64,000 bases of DNA from an uncultured Acidobacteriota bacterium (GTDB lineage: Bacteria; Acidobacteriota; Thermoanaerobaculia; Gp7-AA8). Positions 34,308 through 43,376 of the stretch are shown piece after piece (position 1 is the first letter of the stretch; each line of letters opens with the position of its first letter). The notes beneath the pieces are model-generated. The model saw nothing but the letters and a program-made list of their open reading frames with translations. It was not told where the DNA came from and searched no databases. A program made the position numbers and the translations under genes. The stretch is taken from positions 160,001-224,000 of the forward strand of contig CAVUKB010000001.1 of assembly GCA_963741955.1 (NCBI GenBank), in the 5' to 3' direction.

Positions 34308-35585
34308 TCACTCTTTCCTCCCCGCCCGGCTGAACACGAGCAGCCCGTTCCTCTCCCGCCGTTCGATACCCTTCCAGTCGCTGGGAGATTCGGGCGACGA
34401 TCTGTAGATCGTGCGGAGCCGCAACCAACCTTCGGCCGAGCGTTCGAAGTAGATCGCGACGATCTTCTTTTTGTCCTCGATCGTGTAAATCCCGAGGTAG
34501 CGTTTGATGTAGTAGGGAGCTCCGTCCGGGCGGTTTCGTCTCACGTACCAGACCTCGGCCGGATTCTCGAGAACGTGCTGGATGAGCGGGAGCACGATGC
34601 CTCGCTCAGCGCGCGCGGCCGGCGAGAGCTGCTCGCCCGATGATGCGTATCCGGCGAGATGCAGAAAGGTGTCTTCATTGACGCGCACGCCGTCGGACGC
34701 ATAGTCGACGAACCAGGCCCCGGTCGCTCCCTCACCGATGCCTGTCGCCTCGCGGAAGGCGTTCCAGTCTGCAGCGCGATCGCCGCGAAAGGGCGACCCG
34801 AGGCGCGGAGGTGAATCCGGCGGCAACGTGTCGAGTGACGCGAGTCCATAGTCCGCCGCCGTCTTCATCGGGATCTCGGGGCCGAGGTCCGCGAGCGCTT
34901 TCGCGAAGAACCGGTCATCCGCCGCCATGACGTTCTTCGGCGCGAAATCGAACCCCGGATCCGGCAGGATCTCGCGCCCGTCGATCACCGGGCCGAGTTT
35001 TGGGTTTTTCTCCCCGTGCTCGTAGAGCTTCCCGCTCTCGCCCGCCTGCTCCGCTGTCAGCGATGTCACGTTGTAATGGCGTTCGTTGTGGTGATTCGGC
35101 GGATAGATGTGATCCCAGATCGGGTCATCGTGGCGCGCGACCAGGCCCTCGAGCTGCCGGCAGATCGCGCTGGTCCGTCCGTCGTGCGGCCCGAGCGGAT
35201 ACTGCCAATAAGGGCGCTCGTCGAGGACGTCGGGATCGCTCAACTGCTGATAGCGCCCGGCCGCGGTCGCGGTGGCGATCGCGTTCTGGTGGATAAGCTC
35301 GAGCCGCTGGGGCGACAGGATCGTCCCACCCTGGGCATCGACGATCTCGCCCAGGTGATCCGCGAAATCGCTCTTCGTCATACCGCTGGCCAGCGCCTCC
35401 TCGACTAAACGATTCGCCTCGAGCAGAGACGAATAGCGCTGCAAGCCGGTGATCGTGAACGCTCTCGGACGGGCTTCCGGAATGAGCGAATAGAAGTTGT
35501 CCGCGACCATCGGCGAGCGCTTCCGCTGAAAGAGGAGCGCCTCCTGGAAGGGCTTGAGGACCTTGCGGACCGCGGGCGTCGTCAT
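34308..35585 (-). CDS. MuF (gpF) minor head protein with a C-terminal PBECR-like nuclease extension
   Basis: RAFTITG, RLELIHQN..AGRYQQ..PYWQY..DGRT, YPPN, PDPGFDF; extension VLENPAEVW..KRYL..RNGLLVFSR. Confidence 0.82.
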   Translation of the reverse strand: MTTPAVRKVLKPFQEALLFQRKRSPMVADNFYSLIPEARPRAFTITGLQRYSSLLEANRLVEEALASGMTKSDFADHLGEIVDAQGGTILSPQRLELIHQNAIATATAAGRYQQLSDPDVLDERPYWQYPLGPHDGRTSAICRQLEGLVARHDDPIWDHIYPPNHHNERHYNVTSLTAEQAGESGKLYEHGEKNPKLGPVIDGREILPDPGFDFAPKNVMAADDRFFAKALADLGPEIPMKTAADYGLASLDTLPPDSPPRLGSPFRGDRAADWNAFREATGIGEGATGAWFVDYASDGVRVNEDTFLHLAGYASSGEQLSPAARAERGIVLPLIQHVLENPAEVWYVRRNRPDGAPYYIKRYLGIYTIEDKKKIVAIYFERSAEGWLRLRTIYRSSPESPSDWKGIERRERNGLLVFSRAGRKE

Positions 35586-37126
35586 GCCGACTCCTCCGCC
35601 ACGTCGCCCGCGCCCATTGCTTCCGCGACCGCCATTGCCTGCGCGAGGATCTCGCCGTGGCGCGCCGAGTCGAGCTGGTCTACGCTCTCCCACAGCCGGT
35701 CGATCGCCTCGTCGAGCGTCTCTGCTCCGCGGACGAGCTCGAGGATCTTTTGAGTCTGCTCGCGGTTCGCGATCGTCCCGAGCTCGAGGACGAGGGCGGC
35801 GACATCCTCCGCCGTTTGGAGCTTTGGCTTCTTCGGCCCGCTCGCCGCGGCCGTACCGGTCCGCCTCTTCGCGGCGCCGAGCCCCGCGGGCGGCGCCGGA
35901 GCGGTCGCCTCGACCGTGCGCACCTGAAACACGTCCTCGATCTGCGAGGGGTCGATGGCTCGGCCCACCGAGGCGAGCGCCTCGTTTACGATCACGTAGA
36001 CTTGAGACGTCTTCGTGAGATCGGCCGGCGGCGCTGCATTGATGCGGAAATTCGGGATCTCTCCGCTCTCGACCTGGTCCCATCCCCGGTTGAAACCCCA
36101 CCACACGGCGACGACCTGTTCCTGCACGCTCTCGGCAATCTGCCCAGCGACGGCTTCGATGTTGTCGTTCGCGACTTCTTCGGCGTGATTGCCAGCGAGC
36201 GTGCCCGTCCCGCTCTTCGCCTCTGAGTTGAGCACGTGCCCGTTGATCAACTTCGTGATCGCTTCGTCGGATGCGGAGATGATCGCCTGGTAGAGCGACG
36301 TCGTGCCGTAGCGCTGCGCCTCCTGGAGTTTGACCTCGGTACCGGCTGGGAATGCCGCCCGCGCGTTCGCGGCGAGCCCTGTGATTGCTTCGAGCACCGA
36401 GTCGCGCGATTCGGCGCGGTCGAAGAACGCCCAGATCATCGGGTTCCCGTAGGCGTTCGCAAAGCGCATGAGCCATTCCCAGGAGGAATGTTTGAAGAGC
36501 CAGTACCAGGCGATCTTCCTCCACAGTCCGCGCTCGGTGAGCCGGCCGTCGGAGAGTCCACCCGAGTGGAAGACGAACCCTCGAGGGTTCACAGGCTCGC
36601 CGGCGGACGGACTCGCGATCGTGCGGAGTCGCAGCTCCCTCGTCGTCGGATCCTGACGCCAGCGCGGAGCGTCGACGACCTCCCACCCGGAGACCTTGTA
36701 GTCACGCGACCAGAGGATCTCCGGAGCGACGAATGGATAATGCTCACCGAAAACGAGGTGATACCGGAGACCGGAAAACGTGCGGAAGCCGTTCAGCATC
36801 GCGCTCACGTCCTCCGCGTCCTTCTTCGCGCCGGCGGAATCGTCGAACGGCTCGATGGACCAGTCGAGCTTCGAGACTGCGGACGCGAGATTGCGATACG
36901 ACGAGAAGACGTGCGCGTCCTCCAGGAGCTTCTTCGCGACGAGCATCTGTTGCTCGAGCGCAGCGTTGCCGCGCAGGACTCGCGCGAGGAACTCGGGGGT
37001 GAGCGTGCCGGTCGTGAGCCCCGCCCACGGATCGCGCACCCGTCCAATCTCCGCCTGCCGGTCCGGCGGGCGTTTGTCGAACGTGACGGTGTTGCCGAAA
37101 GCGTCGTAGAGGACCGTCTCAGCCAC
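35582..37126 (-). CDS. Mu gp29-like portal protein (DUF935)
   Basis: LTPEFLARVLR, DAHVFS, GLWRKIAWYWLFK..W..FANAYGNP, GTLAGNHAEEV. Confidence 0.88.
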   Translation of the reverse strand: MAETVLYDAFGNTVTFDKRPPDRQAEIGRVRDPWAGLTTGTLTPEFLARVLRGNAALEQQMLVAKKLLEDAHVFSSYRNLASAVSKLDWSIEPFDDSAGAKKDAEDVSAMLNGFRTFSGLRYHLVFGEHYPFVAPEILWSRDYKVSGWEVVDAPRWRQDPTTRELRLRTIASPSAGEPVNPRGFVFHSGGLSDGRLTERGLWRKIAWYWLFKHSSWEWLMRFANAYGNPMIWAFFDRAESRDSVLEAITGLAANARAAFPAGTEVKLQEAQRYGTTSLYQAIISASDEAITKLINGHVLNSEAKSGTGTLAGNHAEEVANDNIEAVAGQIAESVQEQVVAVWWGFNRGWDQVESGEIPNFRINAAPPADLTKTSQVYVIVNEALASVGRAIDPSQIEDVFQVRTVEATAPAPPAGLGAAKRRTGTAAASGPKKPKLQTAEDVAALVLELGTIANREQTQKILELVRGAETLDEAIDRLWESVDQLDSARHGEILAQAMAVAEAMGAGDVAEESA

Positions 37127-38825
37127 GATACGCCCCCCATCCATCGCGACTCTGGCCCCACGCGGGGACCTGTGCGCCACGCGGTGTGACGATCTCGAAC
37201 GGCATGAACGCCGGAGCGACGAGCTCCGCGATGCGCGCCGAGTTGCCCGCCATCCCGAAGTGGTTCGCGACGCCCTTCACGTACCGATCGACCGCGCGTC
37301 CCTTCGCGTCGATGACCCGCTCCTTCCGGAGGTTCTTGAGATGCTGCGAGAGCGTCGAGAGGACCTCGCTCTCCTTCGCCGGGAGGATCAGCCCGAGCGG
37401 TCCGGTGATCTCGGCGGTGAAGTCGTCCAGCGACTCGTCGCGGTTCACCTTCACGCACCGATAGGTCCGCGACTCATGCTGCTCTTCGACGAGCTTCTGC
37501 TCGGACGAATCGGTGAAGTCCTGCAGGACGACCGTTCGCGGGAACCGGTATGCGAGCGCTCGCGCGACCGTGGTCAGCGGCTTCTTGTCGATCACGAGTT
37601 GAGTGATCCCGATCCGGTCGATGATCTCCGATACCCGCTCGACCGCCCGATCGCTGTCGATCTCTTCGATCCAGACGAGGCGCTTCCGGCCGTCCGGGAG
37701 CCGCTCGTCCACCCAGAGATGACACAGGTCGCCCGTGTCCATCCCGCCGTAGCGCGGAAGAAACCCGCGCGCCCCGGACAGCACGCACTCGGACGACCGC
37801 ATCGCGGCGAGCTCGGCGTCGCTCACGGGCTGCATTGCCCCGGCGTCCGGGATCGCGAGGACCGAGCAGCGAAACTTCGCCATCTCGGATTTCTTTCGCT
37901 GCGCTCGCTGCCACCGATGCCAGATCGCGTCGCCCGGCATCGATCCGACCGCGAGCGCGGAAAGACGGAACGAATAGCGACGGGATTTTTCCCGGTTTGG
38001 GAAGGTCGCGACCCACTCGCCGCGGGAAAGATCGAGCTCGCGCCTGCAACGCGGACAGACCCGCGTCCAGTGCCCGCCCAGCTTGGCCATGCACTCCGGA
38101 AACGTCTCCTCGAGACAGATCCCGCGTAGCCGGCAATGCGCGCAGCGGAACAGTATCCGGCGCTGCGAGCCTTCTTGCCACTTCGAATCGATGCCCGCGC
38201 CTGGCGTGTAGCCGGCGGAGAAATAAATCGCAAGACGGAGAGGCGAGCGAGCCACGCGGCCGCGTGACCATTCGAGGTTCTCTTCCGGCAGTAGGTCCAC
38301 CTCGTCATAAGCGAGGACGTCGAGCGGAATCGAGACCGCGCCGAGCATCGCCTCGAGGCCGAGGACGTACAGGAACCGGCCGTCGAACTCTTTGATCGTC
38401 GCCTGGCTTACGACCTCGCGATCGCGAAGATGCGACGAGAGGAACGGAGAGCGGCTGATCATGCGCTTCAGCCGCGTGCGGCCGAATCGGTGCGCGAACT
38501 TGTCGGTCGGCAAAAAGTATCCGACGTTGTACTGGCGATCGGCGACCAGATGCAGAGCGGCCCCGATTCCGATCGTCGTCGCGCCGACCTGCTCGGCCTT
38601 GAGTAGCGTGATCTCGCTGTCCGTCTCTCTCCTGCGCACCGCGCGATCGAGGATCCCCAGGAGCTCGCCGAAGGGCTCGTATCCCGTGAGCGACCAGCGG
38701 CCGTTCTCGGTGTCGACGTCCTGCTCGAGGAAGTCCTGGATGGTCGAGGGACGAGCGGCGACGCCCGGGGCGGTCGCATCTACGGACAGAGTACCCAGCC
38801 AGTCTGCGGTGGTGTTGCGCGTCAC
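37119..38825 (-). CDS. Terminase large subunit (lambda GpA-like)
   Basis: LKAEQVGATT Walker A, YDEVD Walker B, CAHC/CPRC zinc motifs, GMDTG nuclease motif, NHFGMA. Confidence 0.85.
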   Translation of the reverse strand: MTRNTTADWLGTLSVDATAPGVAARPSTIQDFLEQDVDTENGRWSLTGYEPFGELLGILDRAVRRRETDSEITLLKAEQVGATTIGIGAALHLVADRQYNVGYFLPTDKFAHRFGRTRLKRMISRSPFLSSHLRDREVVSQATIKEFDGRFLYVLGLEAMLGAVSIPLDVLAYDEVDLLPEENLEWSRGRVARSPLRLAIYFSAGYTPGAGIDSKWQEGSQRRILFRCAHCRLRGICLEETFPECMAKLGGHWTRVCPRCRRELDLSRGEWVATFPNREKSRRYSFRLSALAVGSMPGDAIWHRWQRAQRKKSEMAKFRCSVLAIPDAGAMQPVSDAELAAMRSSECVLSGARGFLPRYGGMDTGDLCHLWVDERLPDGRKRLVWIEEIDSDRAVERVSEIIDRIGITQLVIDKKPLTTVARALAYRFPRTVVLQDFTDSSEQKLVEEQHESRTYRCVKVNRDESLDDFTAEITGPLGLILPAKESEVLSTLSQHLKNLRKERVIDAKGRAVDRYVKGVANHFGMAGNSARIAELVAPAFMPFEIVTPRGAQVPAWGQSRDGWGAYRG

Positions 38826-39454
38826 GCGGCACCTCCGAGCTGACGCTGACGGACCTCTTCGACCTTTGCGAGCACACGCCGGAGGAGCGGAGGATCGTCG
38901 CGGAGGAGCTGCTCGAGCTCCGCGCGCAGGATCTTGAGCGCGCGGTCGACGCCTCGCGTGACGGCGAGGCGCGTCCGCTCGCGCGCCGCGCTCGAGCTCT
39001 GCAGCTTTGCGGCCGCGACGACGGTCGAGAGCTCCTCGTCCGAGAGGGCTTTCGGCTTCCCGTTCTCATCTTCTCCGAGAAGCGACTCGAGGATCCGCGT
39101 ATTGAGGAGCTGCGAGACGGCCTCCTCGAGCGCGAGCACCTCGTCCTGGTCGGAGGTGCGGAGGAGCTTGGCCTTCTCGACGAGCATCCGCACCGCGCGG
39201 CGCTGGATCTCGAATTTGTAACCGTATCGCGCGAGCGCGCTGCGCGAGACGTGGTAGCCCGTACCGCGGAGCCGCTCGATCATCTCGTCGTAGGTCGGCC
39301 GCGGGATCTCGAGGAGCCACGAATCGATGAGCTGCGCGAGGCCGACGTGCAGCTCGACCGCCGGATGGCCGCGACGCGGCTTCCCGGCCGGCCGCTTGTC
39401 CGCCGGTTTCTTCGCCGCCGGCTTCCGGCCCGGCTTCTGCGCCGCTCGCGTCAT
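38822..39454 (-). CDS. Mu gp27-like (DUF3486) putative terminase small subunit
   Basis: TYDEMIERL...GYHVSRSALARY; directly upstream of the large terminase. Confidence 0.8.
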   Translation of the reverse strand: MTRAAQKPGRKPAAKKPADKRPAGKPRRGHPAVELHVGLAQLIDSWLLEIPRPTYDEMIERLRGTGYHVSRSALARYGYKFEIQRRAVRMLVEKAKLLRTSDQDEVLALEEAVSQLLNTRILESLLGEDENGKPKALSDEELSTVVAAAKLQSSSAARERTRLAVTRGVDRALKILRAELEQLLRDDPPLLRRVLAKVEEVRQRQLGGAA

Positions 39455-39735
39455 GCGGTGCGCTCCCGTTTCAGCGCACGGTGTACGCCCGCGAACCCGT
39501 CGCGCATCTGATCTGCCAGGTCGATCCGCTGCCGGACTTCGCCGAGCTGCTCACGCGTCGCGTATTCCTCGCGGATGTCGCGTGCGAGCTGACCCTGCAG
39601 CTGGAGGAGAGCATTTGCCACCTCGAGCTTCTCCTGTCGGAGTGTCGTCCGGATCGAGTAGACGAGGAGCGCGACGATGCCGTTGAGGAGCATCGTCGCG
39701 ATGAGCGAGGCGAGAGAGATGACCAGCGGCGTCAC
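39451..39735 (-). CDS. Phage membrane protein (Mu gp25/DUF2730-like position)
   Basis: N-terminal TM then coiled coil with YATREQL; GTG start overlaps the upstream stop. Confidence 0.55.
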   Translation of the reverse strand: MTPLVISLASLIATMLLNGIVALLVYSIRTTLRQEKLEVANALLQLQGQLARDIREEYATREQLGEVRQRIDLADQMRDGFAGVHRALKRERTA

Positions 39736-40046
39736 TGCGCAGCACCCCCGGCGCCGCGGCATTTCGCGAGCTCGCCCTGGAGGCGCGCGATCTTCTCCCT
39801 TAGCGCTGCATATGTCGCCGCGTCGAGCAGAATGCCATCGAACGGAGCGGCCTCGCCGGACGCGATCCAGTGGACGCGGACATCGACGGGCGTGACCGGA
39901 GCTGCGGCGACGATCGGGCCGCGGGCGCGGATCCGCATTGCCCCGCACCCGGCCGCGAAAGCGAGAACCAGGAGGAGACAAAGGGCGACCGAGGCCGCGC
40001 AGCGGCTACCTAAGAGCCGCTTCGATGTCTGACTTGCTGCGGTCAT
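39732..40046 (-). CDS. Putative o-spanin lipoprotein
   Basis: Lipobox LAFAAG-C; overlaps the upstream TM gene; start uncertain. Confidence 0.5.
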   Translation of the reverse strand: MTAASQTSKRLLGSRCAASVALCLLLVLAFAAGCGAMRIRARGPIVAAAPVTPVDVRVHWIASGEAAPFDGILLDAATYAALREKIARLQGELAKCRGAGGAAQ

Positions 40047-40209
40047 CGTCCTTTCTCTCCACCTCATTCGCGATTTCCGTGAGCGCCTCCGACACCTGCG
40101 TGTCGGTCTTCGCCGCGCGCCGCGCCGGATCAGAGTTCCCGCGGATCAGCATCAGGATCAGCGTCACGATCCCGCTGAGCAGAGCGACTACCGCGCCGAG
40201 AGTCGTCAT
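40006..40209 (-). CDS. Putative i-spanin-like membrane protein
   Basis: Single N-terminal TM followed by a charged helical region; overlaps the lipoprotein gene. Confidence 0.45.
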   Translation of the reverse strand: MTTLGAVVALLSGIVTLILMLIRGNSDPARRAAKTDTQVSEALTEIANEVERKDDDRSKSDIEAALR

Positions 40210-40727
40210 TTCGCCGCCCATGCGCCGGCTTCGCATACGTACCATGTCGAGCCTGCGCCGCCCTCGGTTCGCGAGTAGAACGAGCCCGTCGTGCATGCGC
40301 CCGACGGAGCTCCGGCTCCCGCGGTCCAGGACGGACCCGCAGATAGGGCGAAAGAATCAGAGATCGTTCCGCCGGTGACGTTCGCGCCTCCGGCAGATAC
40401 GTACAGGCCTCCGGCATCAACATCGAGACCACCGGTGGTGATCTCCAGCGCGTCGGTGACCAGTGAGAAGGCGTTCCCCTGGGTGCTCGTGATCTGCATC
40501 AAGTCGACCCAATGGCCAACCGGAAACTGAACGAATTGGTGTTGGTTGGTGATGCCGACGCCGCCGATCGTCACGTTCTGGCCGTTCAGGCTGGTGATGC
40601 TCAGAGTGGCGGTCGAGATCGAATCGACTGAGAGATTCTGCGAAACGCCCTTGCGCGTCTCGGTCCCGGCAGCAAGCGTCGCCGTCGTGAAGGTCAGGAG
40701 CAGGATGGCGATCAGTCGTCGTTTCAT
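40206..40727 (-). CDS. Exported protein with a fibre/tailspike-like C-terminal motif
   Basis: GAGGAG RBS; Sec signal MKRRLIAILLLTFTTATLA; C-terminal GAGAPSGACTTGSFYSRTEGGAGSTWYV..W. Confidence 0.65.
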   Translation of the reverse strand: MKRRLIAILLLTFTTATLAAGTETRKGVSQNLSVDSISTATLSITSLNGQNVTIGGVGITNQHQFVQFPVGHWVDLMQITSTQGNAFSLVTDALEITTGGLDVDAGGLYVSAGGANVTGGTISDSFALSAGPSWTAGAGAPSGACTTGSFYSRTEGGAGSTWYVCEAGAWAAK

Positions 40728-40739
40728 CGTGGTCTCCTC

Positions 40740-41060
40740 TCAGGCGTGGCTCTTGTTGAGTGCGACGACGATCGTGCATTGCGCATCGGCAAAGAACCGC
40801 AATTGCTGCGATAGCAGCCAGCTCGAGTTGTTCACCTGAAACACGTCGCCGGCACTCATCGGCATGTCGTTCGCGTCCGCGTCGGTGCCGTCGTTGTTGC
40901 GGTAGACGGTTCCTGCCGTCACCTGAATCTCGGCATCGCTGCATCCGTCCGGAAGTGCGGCGAGGCCGCAGAGATCCGCGAGGGTCGTCGTGCCGGCGAG
41001 TGCAGCGGCCGAGGTCGTGTAGGTGCCGAGGCCGATCGTGGCCGCCTGGACGATGTGCAT
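40740..41060 (-). CDS. Phage hypothetical protein
   Basis: GGAGG RBS; operon-like spacing. Confidence 0.6.
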   Translation of the reverse strand: MHIVQAATIGLGTYTTSAAALAGTTTLADLCGLAALPDGCSDAEIQVTAGTVYRNNDGTDADANDMPMSAGDVFQVNNSSWLLSQQLRFFADAQCTIVVALNKSHA

Positions 41061-41062
41061 TG

Positions 41063-41152
41063 CTATTTCCTCCGCCGGCGCGCGCGCACCATCGCGACGC
41101 AGAGGAGCGCGATCAGCGCGAGCAGGATGTATTCGGTGATCAAGTAGGGCAT
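41063..41152 (-). CDS. 29-aa single-TM peptide (MPYLITEYILLALIALLCVAMVRARRRRK)
   Basis: GAGGTG RBS; fills the gap between neighbours; TM followed by a basic tail. Confidence 0.5.
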   Translation of the reverse strand: MPYLITEYILLALIALLCVAMVRARRRRK

Positions 41153-41156
41153 CCCT

Positions 41157-41555
41157 TCACCTCGGGTCTTCGGCGGTTGGCAAATGCGGCGGCGCGAGCT
41201 GCGGCGCCGGCTCCCGGTTGATCTCGAGCGCCTTCTCCCACCAGGCCCGCGTCGGCTTTTCCTTCATCGTTGCGTGGCCGTATTCGTCTGCGAGCAGGAT
41301 GGCGGTCCGCTCGCCGAGCCATTCGCCGTGCGGGCCGCGGTCCGTCACGCGCACTGTGTCGACGACGCGAGATAGATCGAGCGTCACGATCGCGTAGTGC
41401 TTCCCGCACTCCTGGACTCGGAGAATCTTTGCGCCGTCGCGCCAGGGCACGGTCCATCCGCGATGGGAAGGCCGCGGCGGCCCGATCTCACTCGCTCCCA
41501 GCACGCACGCGATCAGGCTCGCGACGGCGACGACGGCGCAAAGGTGTTTTCGCAT
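41157..41555 (-). CDS. Exported phage hypothetical protein
   Basis: N-terminal hydrophobic signal-like segment; 4-nt gap from the upstream gene. Confidence 0.55.
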   Translation of the reverse strand: MRKHLCAVVAVASLIACVLGASEIGPPRPSHRGWTVPWRDGAKILRVQECGKHYAIVTLDLSRVVDTVRVTDRGPHGEWLGERTAILLADEYGHATMKEKPTRAWWEKALEINREPAPQLAPPHLPTAEDPR

Positions 41556-41559
41556 CGCG

Positions 41560-41799
41560 TCAGTTTCCGCCGAGTGACGCCTTCACCGCGCTCCGACCAG
41601 CGATGTACTTCGCGCCGGGCCAGGCCATGAGGACGAAGGTCAGCACCTTGTCGAGGACGCTGACGATCGCCGCGATCGCAGGGCTCGCCGTGACCGTCCC
41701 AACATCGACGTTGCCCGCCATGCCGAACAGGTGCAGCACCGCGACGATGAAGATGACGACGACCGTGAGAAACTCCGTGCTCTTCCATCCAGGCTTCAT
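41560..41799 (-). CDS. Putative holin
   Basis: AGGAG RBS; MKPGWKSTEF start, two TM segments, basic YIAGRSAVK tail. Confidence 0.6.
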   Translation of the reverse strand: MKPGWKSTEFLTVVVIFIVAVLHLFGMAGNVDVGTVTASPAIAAIVSVLDKVLTFVLMAWPGAKYIAGRSAVKASLGGN

Positions 41800-41885
41800 G
41801 CTCTCTCCTTTGAAGTCCCGCCGAGCGGCCCTGATCCGCCCGGCGGGCGAACAACAACATCGTGCGCGCATCGCGCTCTGGAAAT

Positions 41886-42525
41886 TCAATCGATTGATGC
41901 GAACGGGATCACGCGCGGCGTCCCGGCCCTCCGGTCGGTCACCACCGCGAATCCATAGATCTGCTGCGAATACGCTGCGACGCTCCCGGGGAACCCGACG
42001 CCAGAGCCCTCGGTGAGCTCGATCCGCCCGACGCTCACCCGCGTCGCGAGCTCGACGAATGTGAGCTCGCCGTCGCCGGCCACGTCGAAACTCTCGGTCC
42101 CGGCCAACTGGTTGTCGTGGTCATAGACTCGCGCGGTGACGACGCTCGGCGTCCCCTCGTCGAAGAAGGCCAGATGGGTGACCCAACGGTCATCGTTCTG
42201 GATGATCCGCACGTCCTGCGGATCCGGGAGGTGAGCAGTCAGCGGTGGCACTTCGAAGGAGATTGACAGGCCGCCTTCGACGAATCGCATGAGCGAGGTC
42301 ACGCGCGCGGAGCCTTCGAGAATCTTCACCTGGGTGATCCCGGCGCGCGGGCCGCAGACGTATCGTCCGAAGTCCTCCGCGATCGCCGAGCCGTTCGGCG
42401 GGATCGTGATCTGCCAGGATTCGGACCAGCACCCGGACGGCGCGATCGTCGCGCCATCGGTGGTCGTGATCAGCAGATCCGTGTCGTAGAGATCCGTGTC
42501 GGCGTAGACCAGGCGCGGGGCGCTG
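41886..42525 (-). pseudogene. 5'-truncated beta-sandwich surface-protein-like gene
   Basis: Protein-like sequence from APRLVYADTD to YGFAVVTDRRAGTP; upstream codons look like the antisense of the + strand ORF. Confidence 0.45.
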
Positions 42526-43017
42526 GAAAATCTGGACGAAAAATCAACGCGAGGAGCTCTCGGACCTCGAAAGGACGCCAGGAGCGGAGATTCGCCCACG
42601 GAGTGGAAAAGGCGTCGCCGCGGTCCCGGGGGACCGCTCTCGGCTCAGTCAGTTCGCCGCCGATTGGAATTCGCGCAGTCGCTCACGCGCCGCCGGCGAG
42701 AGTCTCCCGCCGGCGACAGCGGCTCTTCGTCATTTCGTGGCCCTCGCGGCCTCAATCTCATTGAGCTGAAACTGCTGATAGTCGATCTCGAGCTTCGCGA
42801 TCTCGAGCGAGTCGCCAGCTTCGTCCTGGGAATGGCTGAAGCGTATTCGGCGGGCGTCGCCGGATACGCGAGCGGCCATCATTCACATCAATCGAATTCA
42901 CCGAAGCCGGACTGGCGCGTCTTCGTGGAAGTCCGGCCAGCGCCTCCGGATGCCCCGGCGGAGCAGCCGTTGGCAGAGCAGGAGTCGATCGAGGCGAGCA
43001 TTTCGAGCGCGCCATAG
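42525..43017 (+). pseudogene. 5'-truncated early-operon gene fragment
   Basis: Frame stays open from ~42508 (LENLDEKSTRG..) to TAG at 43017, with no RBS-supported start. Confidence 0.4.
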
Positions 43018-43106
43018 ATCCCTCTGCGAAACCGCGTGCTCGCCCGAGTGCGCGGTCGTCCGCTGGTGGCTCGGCGGGCCTGATGAGCAGCCCAGGAGAT
43101 GACGCT

Positions 43107-43376
43107 ATGGAATCGCTCACACCACAGGCAGCACGGGAGGTTGAGGTGCGAAGGATCGTCGCCGGCGTATGCGGACGATCGGTCGTCGGCACGACGGCAG
43201 GGACGCGGATCCGTCGAGATCTCGGGCTCACGGTCGACCAGGAGCGCGAGATCGCATGGCAGCTCTCGAATGCGTTTGGGATCGATCTCCGTGCGATCGA
43301 GTGGGCCGACCTCGTGACAATCGGGGACCTCCTTAATCGTGTCGATATCGCGATCGAACGGGAGCGATTCGCATGA
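43107..43376 (+). CDS. Acyl-carrier-protein-like protein lacking the Ppant serine
   Basis: AGGAG RBS; gapless by-eye alignment to ACP, with DLGLTVDQ in place of DLGADSLD, plus FGIDL and TIGDL. Confidence 0.65.
   Translation: MESLTPQAAREVEVRRIVAGVCGRSVVGTTAGTRIRRDLGLTVDQEREIAWQLSNAFGIDLRAIEWADLVTIGDLLNRVDIAIERERFA

Noticed and set aside
35586-36686. 792-aa MuF N-terminal extension
   Set aside because: It overlaps the portal gene in another frame; the RBS-supported start is at 35585.
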